Assembly (NCBI GenBank): GCA_030693205.1
Contig: JAUYBG010000006.1
Span: 68,015-132,014, forward strand
DNA: 64,000 bases
Direction: 5' to 3'
Origin: a bacterium
GTDB taxonomy: Bacteria > Patescibacteriota > Minisyncoccia > JAHIHE01
Positions 39,280 to 49,280 of the stretch are shown here, one piece after another. The translations under genes were made by a program, and so were the position numbers. The notes below the pieces were generated by a model, which was given only the letters and a program-made list of their open reading frames with translations, ran no database searches and was not told the DNA's origin. Every line of letters begins with the position of its first letter. The first letter of the stretch is position 1.

Positions 39280-39933
39280 ATGATTATAAAAGATATTTTA
39301 AAAGAAACAATTAATAAAATACTAATTTTATCGATTGCTATTGTTGCTGTTTTTTTAAGTTACTATTTAGTAAGCAAGAATAATAATAAATTACCGCAAA
39401 AGCCAATAGTTTTTTTATCGTCAAATAATATTTGGGTTATGAATTCCGACGGAACGGACAAAAAACAATTAACAGACACGGGATATGACACGACTCCTTC
39501 TTTTAATTCCAATGAATCAAAAATTGTTTTTAGTAGAAAAGGAGAAATATTAACAATGGACTCTAGCGGAAATGATCAAATAGTTCTAGTGAATAATGAC
39601 GAATATAGTAATGGGTTTCCAGCGTGGAGTCCTAACGGTAGTAAAATAGTTTACGTAGCAGCTAAAAGTATAAAACTCATGAGCTATAACGAATGGCAAC
39701 CAATACCGTATGAGATATGGATAATGGATAGCGATGGAAATAACAAAAAAAAGATATTCGAAGATTTAAAAGACAAAAAAGATTTATCATGGAATCCTGA
39801 TGGATCAAAAATATCTTTTAAAGCTTCTATTAAAGAAATTACTCAGCCTGAAATGTATGATCTTCCTTATGAACTTTGGGAAATTAATACTGACGGTAGC
39901 GGTTTAAAACAATTAACAAAATTTGAAGAATAG
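39280..39933 (+). CDS. TolB-like/PD40 beta-propeller membrane-anchored protein
   Basis: IWVMNSDGT..KQLT and PAWSPNGSKI repeats. Confidence 0.8.
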   Translation: MIIKDILKETINKILILSIAIVAVFLSYYLVSKNNNKLPQKPIVFLSSNNIWVMNSDGTDKKQLTDTGYDTTPSFNSNESKIVFSRKGEILTMDSSGNDQIVLVNNDEYSNGFPAWSPNGSKIVYVAAKSIKLMSYNEWQPIPYEIWIMDSDGNNKKKIFEDLKDKKDLSWNPDGSKISFKASIKEITQPEMYDLPYELWEINTDGSGLKQLTKFEE

Positions 39934-40010
39934 CCGAGTGTGGTAACTAAAAATTAAATAAAAAAATGGAGCAGTTGTTTATTACTGCTCCTTGTATATT
40001 TCTCTGTATT

Positions 40011-40580
40011 TTACCAGAGATCACTTCCTCCTGTTTGTGGGGCATAGCCGAATCTGATGTATTCTCTGGGATTACGGAAAGTCCCATACCTGCTATTTTC
40101 ATTGAGTTCAAAATGCAAATGCAGTCCAGTAACGCCTACTGTGTTTCCAGTATTACCTACTGTTCCGATTTGCGTTCCAGCGTAGATCGTATTTCCCACG
40201 TTAACATTTACAGTATTTAGGTGGTAATATTTTGTCCATTCTTCCGTTGGACAATAATTTCTATATTTGTTTGAGTCACCTGGATTATGTTGGATAATAA
40301 CATAGTTTCCAGCTCCATATGCGCCTGTGTCGTATCTGTAAGATCCTGTTCTAATCTCTTTCACAACGCCTGTTGAGGGAGCATATACCGGAGTGTCTAG
40401 TGGTGCATATATATCTATACCTGTGTGAGCATCACCATACTCTTGTGTTATTACTGCGCTTGATGCGGTTATTGGCTTTACCATTGTTTGTCCGAATGAT
40501 CCCATAACTGGCTGTATTGCCAGAAGCCCTATCGCAGCTAGCATTATTATTGCTAGCAATCCAAATCTGATTTTCCTCAT
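40011..40580 (-). CDS. secreted M23 family peptidase
   Basis: HTGID and HLH Zn motifs; signal peptide; start MRKIRF. Confidence 0.88.
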   Translation of the reverse strand: MRKIRFGLLAIIMLAAIGLLAIQPVMGSFGQTMVKPITASSAVITQEYGDAHTGIDIYAPLDTPVYAPSTGVVKEIRTGSYRYDTGAYGAGNYVIIQHNPGDSNKYRNYCPTEEWTKYYHLNTVNVNVGNTIYAGTQIGTVGNTGNTVGVTGLHLHFELNENSRYGTFRNPREYIRFGYAPQTGGSDLW

Positions 40581-40835
40581 TTCTACCACTTCTTGTTTTA
40601 TTTTCTTTTTTTGTTTTTCTGCGTTCAAATTACTTAATCGTCTATGCGTTTTTTGCGCTTTTTTATTTCTAGTGTGCTCGCCTCGTATTTATTACGGGCT
40701 ATTTTTAAAATTCCTCCATTTTTATCATCCTTCACCCCTTGAGGTTAAAATGATACTTCTAATGATACAAAAAAAAAGGCCATTTCGTCAATGTCCAAAT
40801 TGGGGATAACTTCCCAATAAATTTATTAAAAAATT

Positions 40836-40976
40836 GTGGGCGGTATATCAGCGATATAATTGCTCGCTCGGAAAAAATAAAAGTAAACTTTTGCTTTTTC
40901 CTCGTTTCACAATTATAGGACTTGAACCCCGATACCATTTGCCTTCGGCAAAGCTACGGGGCAGGCCTATGACCTT
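40836..40976 (-). pseudogene. tRNA 3'-half remnant interrupted by two palindromic insertions
   Basis: removing the inserts gives AAGGTCATAGGTTCAAGTCCTATACCGCCCAC (T-arm plus acceptor strand). Confidence 0.65.
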
Positions 40977-40995
40977 TTGTTGTTTCACACATCGG

Positions 40996-41069
40996 TGGGC
41001 ATATCTGGACTCGAACCAGAGACCTCGTCGATGTGAACGACGCGCTCTAACCAACTGAGCTATATGCCC
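40996..41069 (-). tRNA. tRNA-Val(CAC)
   Basis: GGGCATA acceptor, CGTCG-TT CAC AT-CGACG, GGTTCGAGTCC. Confidence 0.95.
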
Positions 41070-41075
41070 TTGCCT

Positions 41076-41669
41076 TTATTCGTCCCGCCTGTCTTTTTCT
41101 TCCAGCTTCATCTTATTGACGATTACCATATTGGGCTCTTCCAGCATCGCCATAATAAATTTATCATAAAGATCAAACCGATAAAGAAACTCTTTGCTGT
41201 CCATCAGGGTAAAATTCACTTCCTGCCCGATCTCCGCTTCCAAATTCTCGACGATTTTTTTAAACCGAGTTTTGTTCAGCTTGTCGCTTACCGCCAAAAG
41301 ATCCACCGATCCTTTTTGATTTCCCAGCAATACGCCCCCCACGGCGGCAAACCGGATCTCGCTGATCTTCTTGATCACGCCGGAGACGGAACTATTCGCC
41401 ATCGGCGTTTCTTTTAAAATCAATCTTTTAACTTCAAGGAGATAGGAGAATTTGGGATTAAGCTGATATTTTTTGGCTCCTTTTGTGTTTTTGGAAATTA
41501 TAAACTTCACCCTTGAAAGCCGGCGCAAAAAAATGGAAATGGTTTTTACTCTCCCTTTTACTTTTTCCCCGATTTCCGCTTGAGTAAAAATGTTTTCGGG
41601 ATTCTGGATAAATAATTTCAAAATCCTGATAAAAAACTTTGAACCAAAAAAAATTTCTAAATTCGACAT
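41076..41669 (-). CDS. wHTH plus nucleotidyltransferase-like conserved protein
   Basis: LEIFFGSK..IRILKLF HTH; GGV...SVDLLAV MNT-like motif. Confidence 0.65.
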   Translation of the reverse strand: MSNLEIFFGSKFFIRILKLFIQNPENIFTQAEIGEKVKGRVKTISIFLRRLSRVKFIISKNTKGAKKYQLNPKFSYLLEVKRLILKETPMANSSVSGVIKKISEIRFAAVGGVLLGNQKGSVDLLAVSDKLNKTRFKKIVENLEAEIGQEVNFTLMDSKEFLYRFDLYDKFIMAMLEEPNMVIVNKMKLEEKDRRDE

Positions 41670-41802
41670 AAATTAATGATTATAAACTCGCCCTTAAAAT
41701 TAAAAAAACGCGAGATTACGCTAAAAACATAGCCGTGTTTGCTTAATAGCCCCAAAAACTGTATAATAATGTATGATGTTATTATATTAGCAATAACGCC
41801 TT

Positions 41803-44076
41803 ATGTCAAATATAGAAATCAAAACCGTAGAGCTGACTATCGCGCCAAAGAACGAAAGATCCAGGGCTTTTTTGGATACCTGCGTTTTTGAACCGGAAAA
41901 TATCGAAGAACAAAACCTGGGCAATCTATATATTACCGGCGAAATCGCTAAAATCCCTTCAAACTCGGAATATCTTATAAACCTCCTGGTTTCCACGATA
42001 AGAAAAGAATATTATTCCAATACCAGCCGCTCTCCTATCGAAAGCCTGGAGCAAAGCTTGAGCAAGACGAACGAAGTGCTGGCGGATTTTGCCGAACAAG
42101 GCAATATTGAATGGATCGGCAATTTGCACATAGTCATTGCCGTATTGAAAAACGACACTCTCTATTTCAGCCAGACGGGACTCGCGCAAACTTTTCTTCT
42201 TCGAGACAAAAATGTGATCAATATCGGACTGGATCTGGTCAGCGATCCGAAACCCCATCCGCTTAAAACTTTTTCCAATATTGCCAGCGGACAGATCAGC
42301 GAAGGCGATAAAATAGTATTGGCCACGTCGGAGTTCAAAAATATCGCCACCGAACTGAAGATCAGAAAAATTTTCGGCGAAGGAGTGAATGAATTTTTTG
42401 AAGAAAAAATAGAATCCAATCTGGGTAAAAATATAAACGTCGCGATAATATTTCTGGAAGTCAAAAAAAAGGCGTCTTCGACGGGCATCAATTTCATAAA
42501 AATACTAACGGAACCGAATCTCGAAAATCTGGGAATAAACCCGAGGCAGGAATTGGATCTCCGCGAGACGCAAAAATTCTCTCCGAAATTCCCGGGAGAC
42601 AATGACCGGGTCGAAGAAGTGATCAACGAGCTGAACTTGCAAGAAATGGAAATGCCGGTAAGCCAGAAGATCAGAAGGGCGGCAAAAACGGTCAAGTTCG
42701 TCGTTGAAAGTATCAAAAAAATAATCATTTTTTTCTACTTTCTTGTTCGAAAAATTATAATTTACATTTATTCTTTCTTGGGGCCGAAAATAAGCGCCTT
42801 GATAAATTATCTTTTAACGAAAATCGGTAATTTCATCAGGTCTGTTTCCTTATTCGCAGCGATCATCGAAACAATAGGAAGCGTGTCGGATACCGCCAGA
42901 GAAAAAATCAGCAGCGCCACTCCCCGATATATCAAGAACCTCTCTCTTAGAAATAAAATAATAATTACCGCCGCCCTAATCATCGTGGCCGGGGCCGTTT
43001 TTAGCGTTTCTCTTTATAACGATAAGAAAAAAGAAGAAAATAATATCCGCACTTTTTCCGCGCTTCTTGAAACTGCCAAAAAAGCCCAGAAAGACGCTGA
43101 AATTGCCCAAGCGAATGAAATTTACCAGGGAAAAGATAAAACTATCGGCTTTGTCAGAACCGCTTTATCCACTTCCGAAAAAATCATCCAGTCGGGTTAT
43201 TTTGTAAATGAAGCGCGAGCGATAAAAGAAAACGCGCTGAAACAAATGGATAAAGCGGAAGGGATCACCAGGCTGAACGGCATCTCTAAAATTTTTGATT
43301 TTGCCGCCCGTTCCAAAAATATCCGCACTGACGGCCTTGTTTGGCTCGGGAAAAAATTATATTCATTCAATTCCGCCAACAACGCTATCTATAAATACGA
43401 CCTCGCTCTGAAAACCGGCGAGATCATGGCGGTAAATTCCAAAGACATCGGGCATCTTAAGATCTCTATAATAGCCAATGCTGAAATAGTTTTCTTCACC
43501 GATCTGCCGGGAACCGCCTCTTACGAACCTTCAAAAAGCGATATTAAAAAATTATCAATTAAGTTCGCCGAAAAAGAAAGCGATATAGCCGGCATTGCGT
43601 TTTATAAACAAAACTCCAGCCTTTACGCCCTTAGCAAAAACGATAATGAAATTTACAGGCACCGCTCGATTGCCGCGGGCTTTACGATTGGAGAAAAATG
43701 GACGAAAGGAACGGAAAAAAATCCACTGCTTATCAATCCGGTATCCCTGGCGATAGATGGCGATATCTATGTCCTGCAAAACAACAATATCGATCCGATC
43801 GTAAGATTGACCAAAGGATCAAAAAATGATTTTTCAACTCCCGACCTTTTCATACCGCTCAATGAAGCTACGAAAATAGCCACGGAAATCGGAGCAATGA
43901 ATCTTTATATACTCGATCCGAAAAATAAGCGGGTGGTGGTGATCGCCAAAACCGGAAAAGTGGTAAAACAATTTGTCAGCGATAAATTCGACAATTTAAC
44001 CGATATCGCGATCAGCCCGGCGGAAAAAGATATCTATGTCCTGAACGGCACTTCGGTGTATGAAATCGCGCTATAA
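41803..44076 (+). CDS. membrane protein with PP2C-like N-domain and C-terminal beta-propeller
   Basis: FSNIASGQISEGDKIVLAT; TM; NHL-like SLAIDGDIYVL and LYILDPKNKRVVV. Confidence 0.7.
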   Translation: MSNIEIKTVELTIAPKNERSRAFLDTCVFEPENIEEQNLGNLYITGEIAKIPSNSEYLINLLVSTIRKEYYSNTSRSPIESLEQSLSKTNEVLADFAEQGNIEWIGNLHIVIAVLKNDTLYFSQTGLAQTFLLRDKNVINIGLDLVSDPKPHPLKTFSNIASGQISEGDKIVLATSEFKNIATELKIRKIFGEGVNEFFEEKIESNLGKNINVAIIFLEVKKKASSTGINFIKILTEPNLENLGINPRQELDLRETQKFSPKFPGDNDRVEEVINELNLQEMEMPVSQKIRRAAKTVKFVVESIKKIIIFFYFLVRKIIIYIYSFLGPKISALINYLLTKIGNFIRSVSLFAAIIETIGSVSDTAREKISSATPRYIKNLSLRNKIIITAALIIVAGAVFSVSLYNDKKKEENNIRTFSALLETAKKAQKDAEIAQANEIYQGKDKTIGFVRTALSTSEKIIQSGYFVNEARAIKENALKQMDKAEGITRLNGISKIFDFAARSKNIRTDGLVWLGKKLYSFNSANNAIYKYDLALKTGEIMAVNSKDIGHLKISIIANAEIVFFTDLPGTASYEPSKSDIKKLSIKFAEKESDIAGIAFYKQNSSLYALSKNDNEIYRHRSIAAGFTIGEKWTKGTEKNPLLINPVSLAIDGDIYVLQNNNIDPIVRLTKGSKNDFSTPDLFIPLNEATKIATEIGAMNLYILDPKNKRVVVIAKTGKVVKQFVSDKFDNLTDIAISPAEKDIYVLNGTSVYEIAL

Positions 44077-44200
44077 TCAAAATTAAATTTTTTAATAAAA
44101 AATAACCGGAATTTAGACTCACTAAATCCGGTTTTATTTATGTTTAATTTTATTAATTGCTTTTCTATTTTTCACCTTCGTGAATTTCTAACTTTGCCAT

Positions 44201-46081
44201 TTAGCCAGTATATGGATTCATCAGCGGGTATCTGTCTCTATTGCTGCCTCCGGGTATTGGATACGGGATATCACCTATGCCGTCGCCATTCAAGTCTATG
44301 CCTGTGTAGTCTGAATAATAGTTGCCTACAGTGCCATTGTCCCACTGATTGCTGCCTGTGTCGTAACAATTGAGACTATTGTTAACAAGATTATTTTGGT
44401 AAACTTTGTTGTAGACAGAAGCTTCCAAAACGATCCCATAGCTGTTATTCGAGGCGCTGTTGCCATTCAATGTGTTGTTATTGCTGGACTGCCACAGATA
44501 GATGCCGTTACGATAGTTGTTTGATACATTGTTGCCAGTCAGAGTGTTGTTGTTGGAAGAGTGCAGGAATATACCATCAAAATTATTCGAGCTGACATTG
44601 TTGTCAATCAGAGTATTGTTATTGTTTCCGTCTTCCGTCAGAATACCGTGGGCATTGTTCGCGCTAATATTGTTGCCAATTAGCATATTATTGCTGGAAG
44701 ATACCATACTGATACCGAAGTAATTATTCGAGGCTTTGTTGTTTATCAGCGTATTATTATTGGTATAATACAGAGATATGCCGAAGTAGGCATTAAGGTT
44801 GGCTTCATTATCGCTTAATCTGTTGTTATCAGAAGTAACCCTAATTCCTATATTAGCCTTGATCATTTTAAAGCCTTTCAGAGTGATTCCATCGGCAGAA
44901 AGCGTAATCGCGCTTCCGTTACTATTGGCATCTATGACAGGATTTCCAATTCCTTTCAGTATTAACTGCTTATTTACATTTACGTTTTCATAATACGTGC
45001 CGCTGTAAACATCAATCTCGTCTCCAATACTTGCATCGTTGATGGCTACCTGAATACTTGTGTAGTCAGTATTTTTATTGACATTATGCACAGGTCCGGT
45101 GGGTGCTGGTGTTGGCGTGGGTGTTGGGGTCGGTGTTGGAGGCGGTGCTGGCGCGCTGATAGTAAAATATCCATCGCTAGCATCGGTACGTTTTGAGTTC
45201 TCCATACTGGTAACAACTATCCTGTAGTCTGTTCCTGTCTCATGAGTGGCAGGAATAGTCCAAAGATACGAGCCATCGCCGTTATAGTCTGTCGGGACAA
45301 AAAAGGCAATGAGTTCGGTGAACAAGGAAGAAGAACCTTTTTGAAGTTCAATTTTTACCGAAGTTGTCTGCTTTCCTGTATACTTCCACTGGATCTTTTG
45401 CTCGCTTCCAGCTGGCCAGTTTTCTCCGCCGTTGGGAGAGAGAACTGTGAGTTTTTGTTTTGGTGGAATTGGTGGTAATAGGTGTTCATTAATAAACGCT
45501 GATGGATTATACCATGTATCAACCTGTTGTTCATGAGTAAATTTTTTACATGGTTGCGAGTACCCTACATATGGCCAATTACCGCAAACATTAGCATTTA
45601 TAGAATCTAATCCCTTGCGGATACCAAAATGTAAGTGTGTAAATAACCACCCACCATTTTCTGAACTATTTCCAATATATCCAATTATTTGTCCTTTACT
45701 TACAGAATCTTTATTGCTTACATTAAGACCTTTACCTAAATGGCCATAGAGAGTAGTTACGTCACTATTTGGGTGTTTGATTATAACTACATTTCCATAC
45801 CCTTTCTTTGGACCGGCAAATATGACAATACCATCGGAAGCGGCTTTAACTTGTATAAGTGGATCTGCGGGTATGTCTACGCCCAAATGGTAACCGCTAG
45901 ATCCATTTCCATCCCAGTTATTTATCCACCAGTTTAAACCAAAGCCACGTGATTCGTTCCACGGTATATCAAGTGGATATTGAAAGGTGTTATTTGCTGC
46001 CATTGCTATGCTGGAAAATAGTATTACTATTATTCCAGATACAAGCACTGCACTTACTGTATTTCTAATTTTTTCTTTCAT
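44201..46081 (-). CDS. secreted M23 peptidase - Ig-like - PT linker - NosD/CASH beta-helix protein
   Basis: HLGVD/HLH; VLSPNGGENW; PTPTPT; GI.L..SNNN.L..N repeats; GNYYSDYTGIDLNGDGIGD. Confidence 0.85.
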   Translation of the reverse strand: MKEKIRNTVSAVLVSGIIVILFSSIAMAANNTFQYPLDIPWNESRGFGLNWWINNWDGNGSSGYHLGVDIPADPLIQVKAASDGIVIFAGPKKGYGNVVIIKHPNSDVTTLYGHLGKGLNVSNKDSVSKGQIIGYIGNSSENGGWLFTHLHFGIRKGLDSINANVCGNWPYVGYSQPCKKFTHEQQVDTWYNPSAFINEHLLPPIPPKQKLTVLSPNGGENWPAGSEQKIQWKYTGKQTTSVKIELQKGSSSLFTELIAFFVPTDYNGDGSYLWTIPATHETGTDYRIVVTSMENSKRTDASDGYFTISAPAPPPTPTPTPTPTPAPTGPVHNVNKNTDYTSIQVAINDASIGDEIDVYSGTYYENVNVNKQLILKGIGNPVIDANSNGSAITLSADGITLKGFKMIKANIGIRVTSDNNRLSDNEANLNAYFGISLYYTNNNTLINNKASNNYFGISMVSSSNNMLIGNNISANNAHGILTEDGNNNNTLIDNNVSSNNFDGIFLHSSNNNTLTGNNVSNNYRNGIYLWQSSNNNTLNGNSASNNSYGIVLEASVYNKVYQNNLVNNSLNCYDTGSNQWDNGTVGNYYSDYTGIDLNGDGIGDIPYPIPGGSNRDRYPLMNPYTG

Positions 46082-46346
46082 TTCTGATCACTTTTCTCCT
46101 ATATTGTTTTTTATTTCTCTATCGATACCTTGGAAATCTGTTAGATTCCTCGTTTTTTTTATTCTCAATTTTAGTGTGCATTTTAGCTCCTTTTTATCAC
46201 TTTTTGTTTAAAGTGAACCTATGTAGATTAGTATATCTTAGCTAATTTGTCAATAATTTGCACACATAGTTATTATAGCAATAGTTTGACTTAAAAGATT
46301 ATTTATGGTAATTTTATAATGTTAAAATAAATAAATTAAAATTCAT

Positions 46347-46919
46347 ATGAAATTATCTATTACTGAAAAAACTTTACTTCTAGCCGGAATAATTTTAGCT
46401 ATACTACTTTACACTGTAGCTGTATATGAAAGTGGAAAAAAGACACCTGTCAGTTTAACTCCCACTCCAAATGCTTCTTCGATATTATTAACTACTCCCG
46501 AGACTGATATATCAAACTGGAAGACTTACACCAATAATCAATATGGATTTGAAATTAATTATCCTGAGAATTTAAAAACTGAACAGCCTGTTCCTAATGT
46601 TTTTATTATCTATGCACCAAACAATATAGAATATCTACAAATTTCTAATGCTAGCGATACAATACCGCCAAGACCAGAAAACTATATTCCTAATCTTGCA
46701 AAATTTGTTGGTACAGTAAATATCGGCGATAAAAAGGCGGATAAATATTATACCAATAATCCGCAGGGCGAGGGAGGTATAATCGAAAATACTTCTTATA
46801 CAGATTACGTTGTTATTCTAGACGAAAAACGATGGGTACATATCAGTTATTTTGGTGAAAAAGAGATCGCAAATTTGTTTGAAACAATTATTTCTACTTT
46901 TAAATTTTTAAACAAATAA
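46347..46919 (+). CDS. PsbP-like membrane-anchored protein
   Basis: TM; SNWKTYTNNQYGFEINYP ... IISTFKF. Confidence 0.75.
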   Translation: MKLSITEKTLLLAGIILAILLYTVAVYESGKKTPVSLTPTPNASSILLTTPETDISNWKTYTNNQYGFEINYPENLKTEQPVPNVFIIYAPNNIEYLQISNASDTIPPRPENYIPNLAKFVGTVNIGDKKADKYYTNNPQGEGGIIENTSYTDYVVILDEKRWVHISYFGEKEIANLFETIISTFKFLNK

Positions 46920-46925
46920 TAATAG

Positions 46926-46955
46926 AAAAAACAACCTTTCGCGGGTTGTTTTTTT
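46926..46955. terminator. intrinsic terminator
   Basis: aaaaaacaacc-tttcgcg-ggttgttttttt. Confidence 0.7.
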
Positions 46956-47178
46956 AAATTAATTTTACATTTCTGTTTGATTTATTTCATTTCTGATCAC
47001 TTTTTCTCCTGCCTTAAGGCAAATTTATTCGATTTTGAAGGTACTGTGTTATTTTTCCTCCGTTGGTAATATTAAAGGAAATGGAGTATTTGTCAAGAGT
47101 TTGTTATTGTAAAAAGCAAATTAAAAAGCGAGATTTTACTCGCTTTTTGGAAAATTATTCTAAGTCTAAATTTTAAAT

Positions 47179-47811
47179 CTATTCTATAAATTTAAAAGTA
47201 GAGAGCATTTGATTAAAAGTATCTTCCAATAATTTTTTTTCAGAGACACCAAGAGCCAATGCATTAATACGACTAGTTATTATAAAGGAAAAGTTTTGTT
47301 TTGGGTACTCAACTGCAAAAGAAGTACCCCCCCATTTTTCATCCACTTGACGAATAAATGACAAATCATTAATCAAAACTTTTTTCTCTATTGTGTTCTT
47401 CGATTTTGGATATACTTTATAGTAATCTTCGAGTGACCCACTGCTTACTATTATTGCAATTGGATCTACTCTGCTTTCTTCTAACAAATAAACTTTATTT
47501 TTAGGGAAAAAATTAATTAGACTTATAATAGGTTTTATTGCTTCTGGATTTATTATTTTAGCTTCTTCAGCTACCCATTCAGGATTCTGAGAATATTTTA
47601 TTTCAAACCCATATTCTTCGTTCCCATAAGTCTTCCAGTCCGAAATATTAACAACAGGCGTTGGTTCTACCGTCGGTTGAACCGTACCCAGCGGATAATT
47701 TTTAAGTGGATAATAGATATAGATATTTATACACAACGCCGCAATAAGAGCAAACAAAACAATGACAAAAATTAAAAGTGATTTTGAAGATGATGATTTA
47801 TTTTCAGCCAT
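47179..47811 (-). CDS. PsbP-like membrane-anchored protein
   Basis: TM; SDWKTYGNEEYGFEIKY ... MLSTFKF. Confidence 0.75.
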   Translation of the reverse strand: MAENKSSSSKSLLIFVIVLFALIAALCINIYIYYPLKNYPLGTVQPTVEPTPVVNISDWKTYGNEEYGFEIKYSQNPEWVAEEAKIINPEAIKPIISLINFFPKNKVYLLEESRVDPIAIIVSSGSLEDYYKVYPKSKNTIEKKVLINDLSFIRQVDEKWGGTSFAVEYPKQNFSFIITSRINALALGVSEKKLLEDTFNQMLSTFKFIE

Positions 47812-47936
47812 AAATTATTTTAACAATTATATTTTCATTCTAACATAAAAACGCAAAGCTTACAACCACTACGTCTAATACGCAAAAACTCCACAGATAA
47901 ATCTGTAGAGTTTTTAAGCATAAATTGCTCTTGTTC

Positions 47937-48350
47937 TTATTTTAATTCTACGGTTGCGCCAGCGGCTTCCAATTTTTTCTTGATCTCTTCAGCTTCAACT
48001 TTTGAAGCTTTTTCTTTGATCATTTTTGGAGCGGCATCAACCAGATCTTTGGCATCTTTCAAGCCCTTGCCGGTAACTTCCCTGACCACTTTGATCACGG
48101 CAATTTTTTGATCGCCAGCGGCTTTTAATTCAACATTGAATTCGGTCTTTTCTTCAGCGGCGGCAGCGCCAGCGGCGGCAGGCATTGCGCCCATCATTAC
48201 CGGAGCTTGGGCGGATACGCCGAATTTTTTCTCCAAAACTTTCACTAATTCCGCCAAATCAAGAACGCTTAACTTCTCGATTTTTTCAACCAGATCCGCG
48301 AATTTCGCCGGAACTACAACTGCTTCTTCTTTTTTTGTTTCTTCTGCCAT
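47937..48350 (-). CDS. rplL: 50S ribosomal protein L7/L12
   Basis: [31 protein letters not shown]. Confidence 0.97.
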   Translation of the reverse strand: MAEETKKEEAVVVPAKFADLVEKIEKLSVLDLAELVKVLEKKFGVSAQAPVMMGAMPAAAGAAAAEEKTEFNVELKAAGDQKIAVIKVVREVTGKGLKDAKDLVDAAPKMIKEKASKVEAEEIKKKLEAAGATVELK

Positions 48351-48534
48351 ATTTTTATTATTTATTTTATTAATTTATTAAAATTTATTAATTAACTTCG
48401 CTGTTCGCAATTATTTATTGCTTTTTTCGCTCTGCGTCCCGGTACCAATCCGCCATCAAGCGGATGCTACGGGACTGCTTTGATCGTTTAGTTTCTCTTC
48501 TTTATCTTATTTTTCCAAACAAGATAATTCTGTT

Positions 48535-49065
48535 TTAATTTTTTAATTCGGATTTTGCTTTTAAAACATTGATCAAACCAACTACATTTCCGTTCAACAC
48601 TCTTACAAATCCGGTCAAGGGCGAAGCAATGACATTTACCACCTGGCCTCTTAATTCCTTCTTGCCCGGCAATCCGGCCAATAGTTTAATATCGATAGCG
48701 TTAAAAATCTTCCCTTCAATAATACCCCCGACAATTTTCAGCGCCGTAACTCCGCTTTTTATCATCTGGTCGACCACTTTTAATGCTCCAGTTTCCCCTT
48801 CATAATCGAGCGCGACGCCGATCTGCCCTTCCATCTCGCTGATCTTCGTCTCAGGCAATCCGGCTTCTTTGATAGCCACGTCCAATAAAGTTTTTTTAGC
48901 CACTTTATATTCGGATTTCTCGGCTCGCAGCGCTCTTCTTAATTTTTCCGCGTTCGCCACTGTCAAACCTTTATAGCTTATAAAAACCGCCGCTTTGATC
49001 TTGGCAAGTTTTTCTTTAAGTTTTTTTACTTCATCTTCTTTTTTTTGCCGCAATAATGATGCCAT
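48535..49065 (-). CDS. rplJ: 50S ribosomal protein L10
   Basis: YKGLTV...LRR.LR, VAKKTL, LAGLP; upstream of rplL. Confidence 0.95.
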   Translation of the reverse strand: MASLLRQKKEDEVKKLKEKLAKIKAAVFISYKGLTVANAEKLRRALRAEKSEYKVAKKTLLDVAIKEAGLPETKISEMEGQIGVALDYEGETGALKVVDQMIKSGVTALKIVGGIIEGKIFNAIDIKLLAGLPGKKELRGQVVNVIASPLTGFVRVLNGNVVGLINVLKAKSELKN

Positions 49066-49089
49066 AAATTTTATTAATTTAAATTAAAA

Positions 49090-49207
49090 AAATCTGTGCC
49101 GTCCACAGAATTTGTTTGAATAACTAAAATACGAATATTTCAGTTTTTTCATCCTCGACAGGTCTTATTCGGGCTTTAAAGCCATTCGCCTGTTGTCTGT
49201 GGATAAC
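49090..49207 (-). promoter_or_regulatory. ribosomal protein L10 leader
   Basis: CACAGACAACAGG...AAGACCTGTCGAGG pattern upstream of rplJ; TTGACA-16-TATACT at 49253-49226. Confidence 0.7.
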
Positions 49208-49280
49208 TTTATTTTTGATAAATTAAGTATACTACTATATAAAATTATGTCAAGCCTTATGTGATTTTTCGCCTGCAATA

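Noticed and set aside
40834-41058. ORF-track ORFs over tRNA-Val and its remnant
   Set aside because: Shadow frames across RNA and repeat sequence
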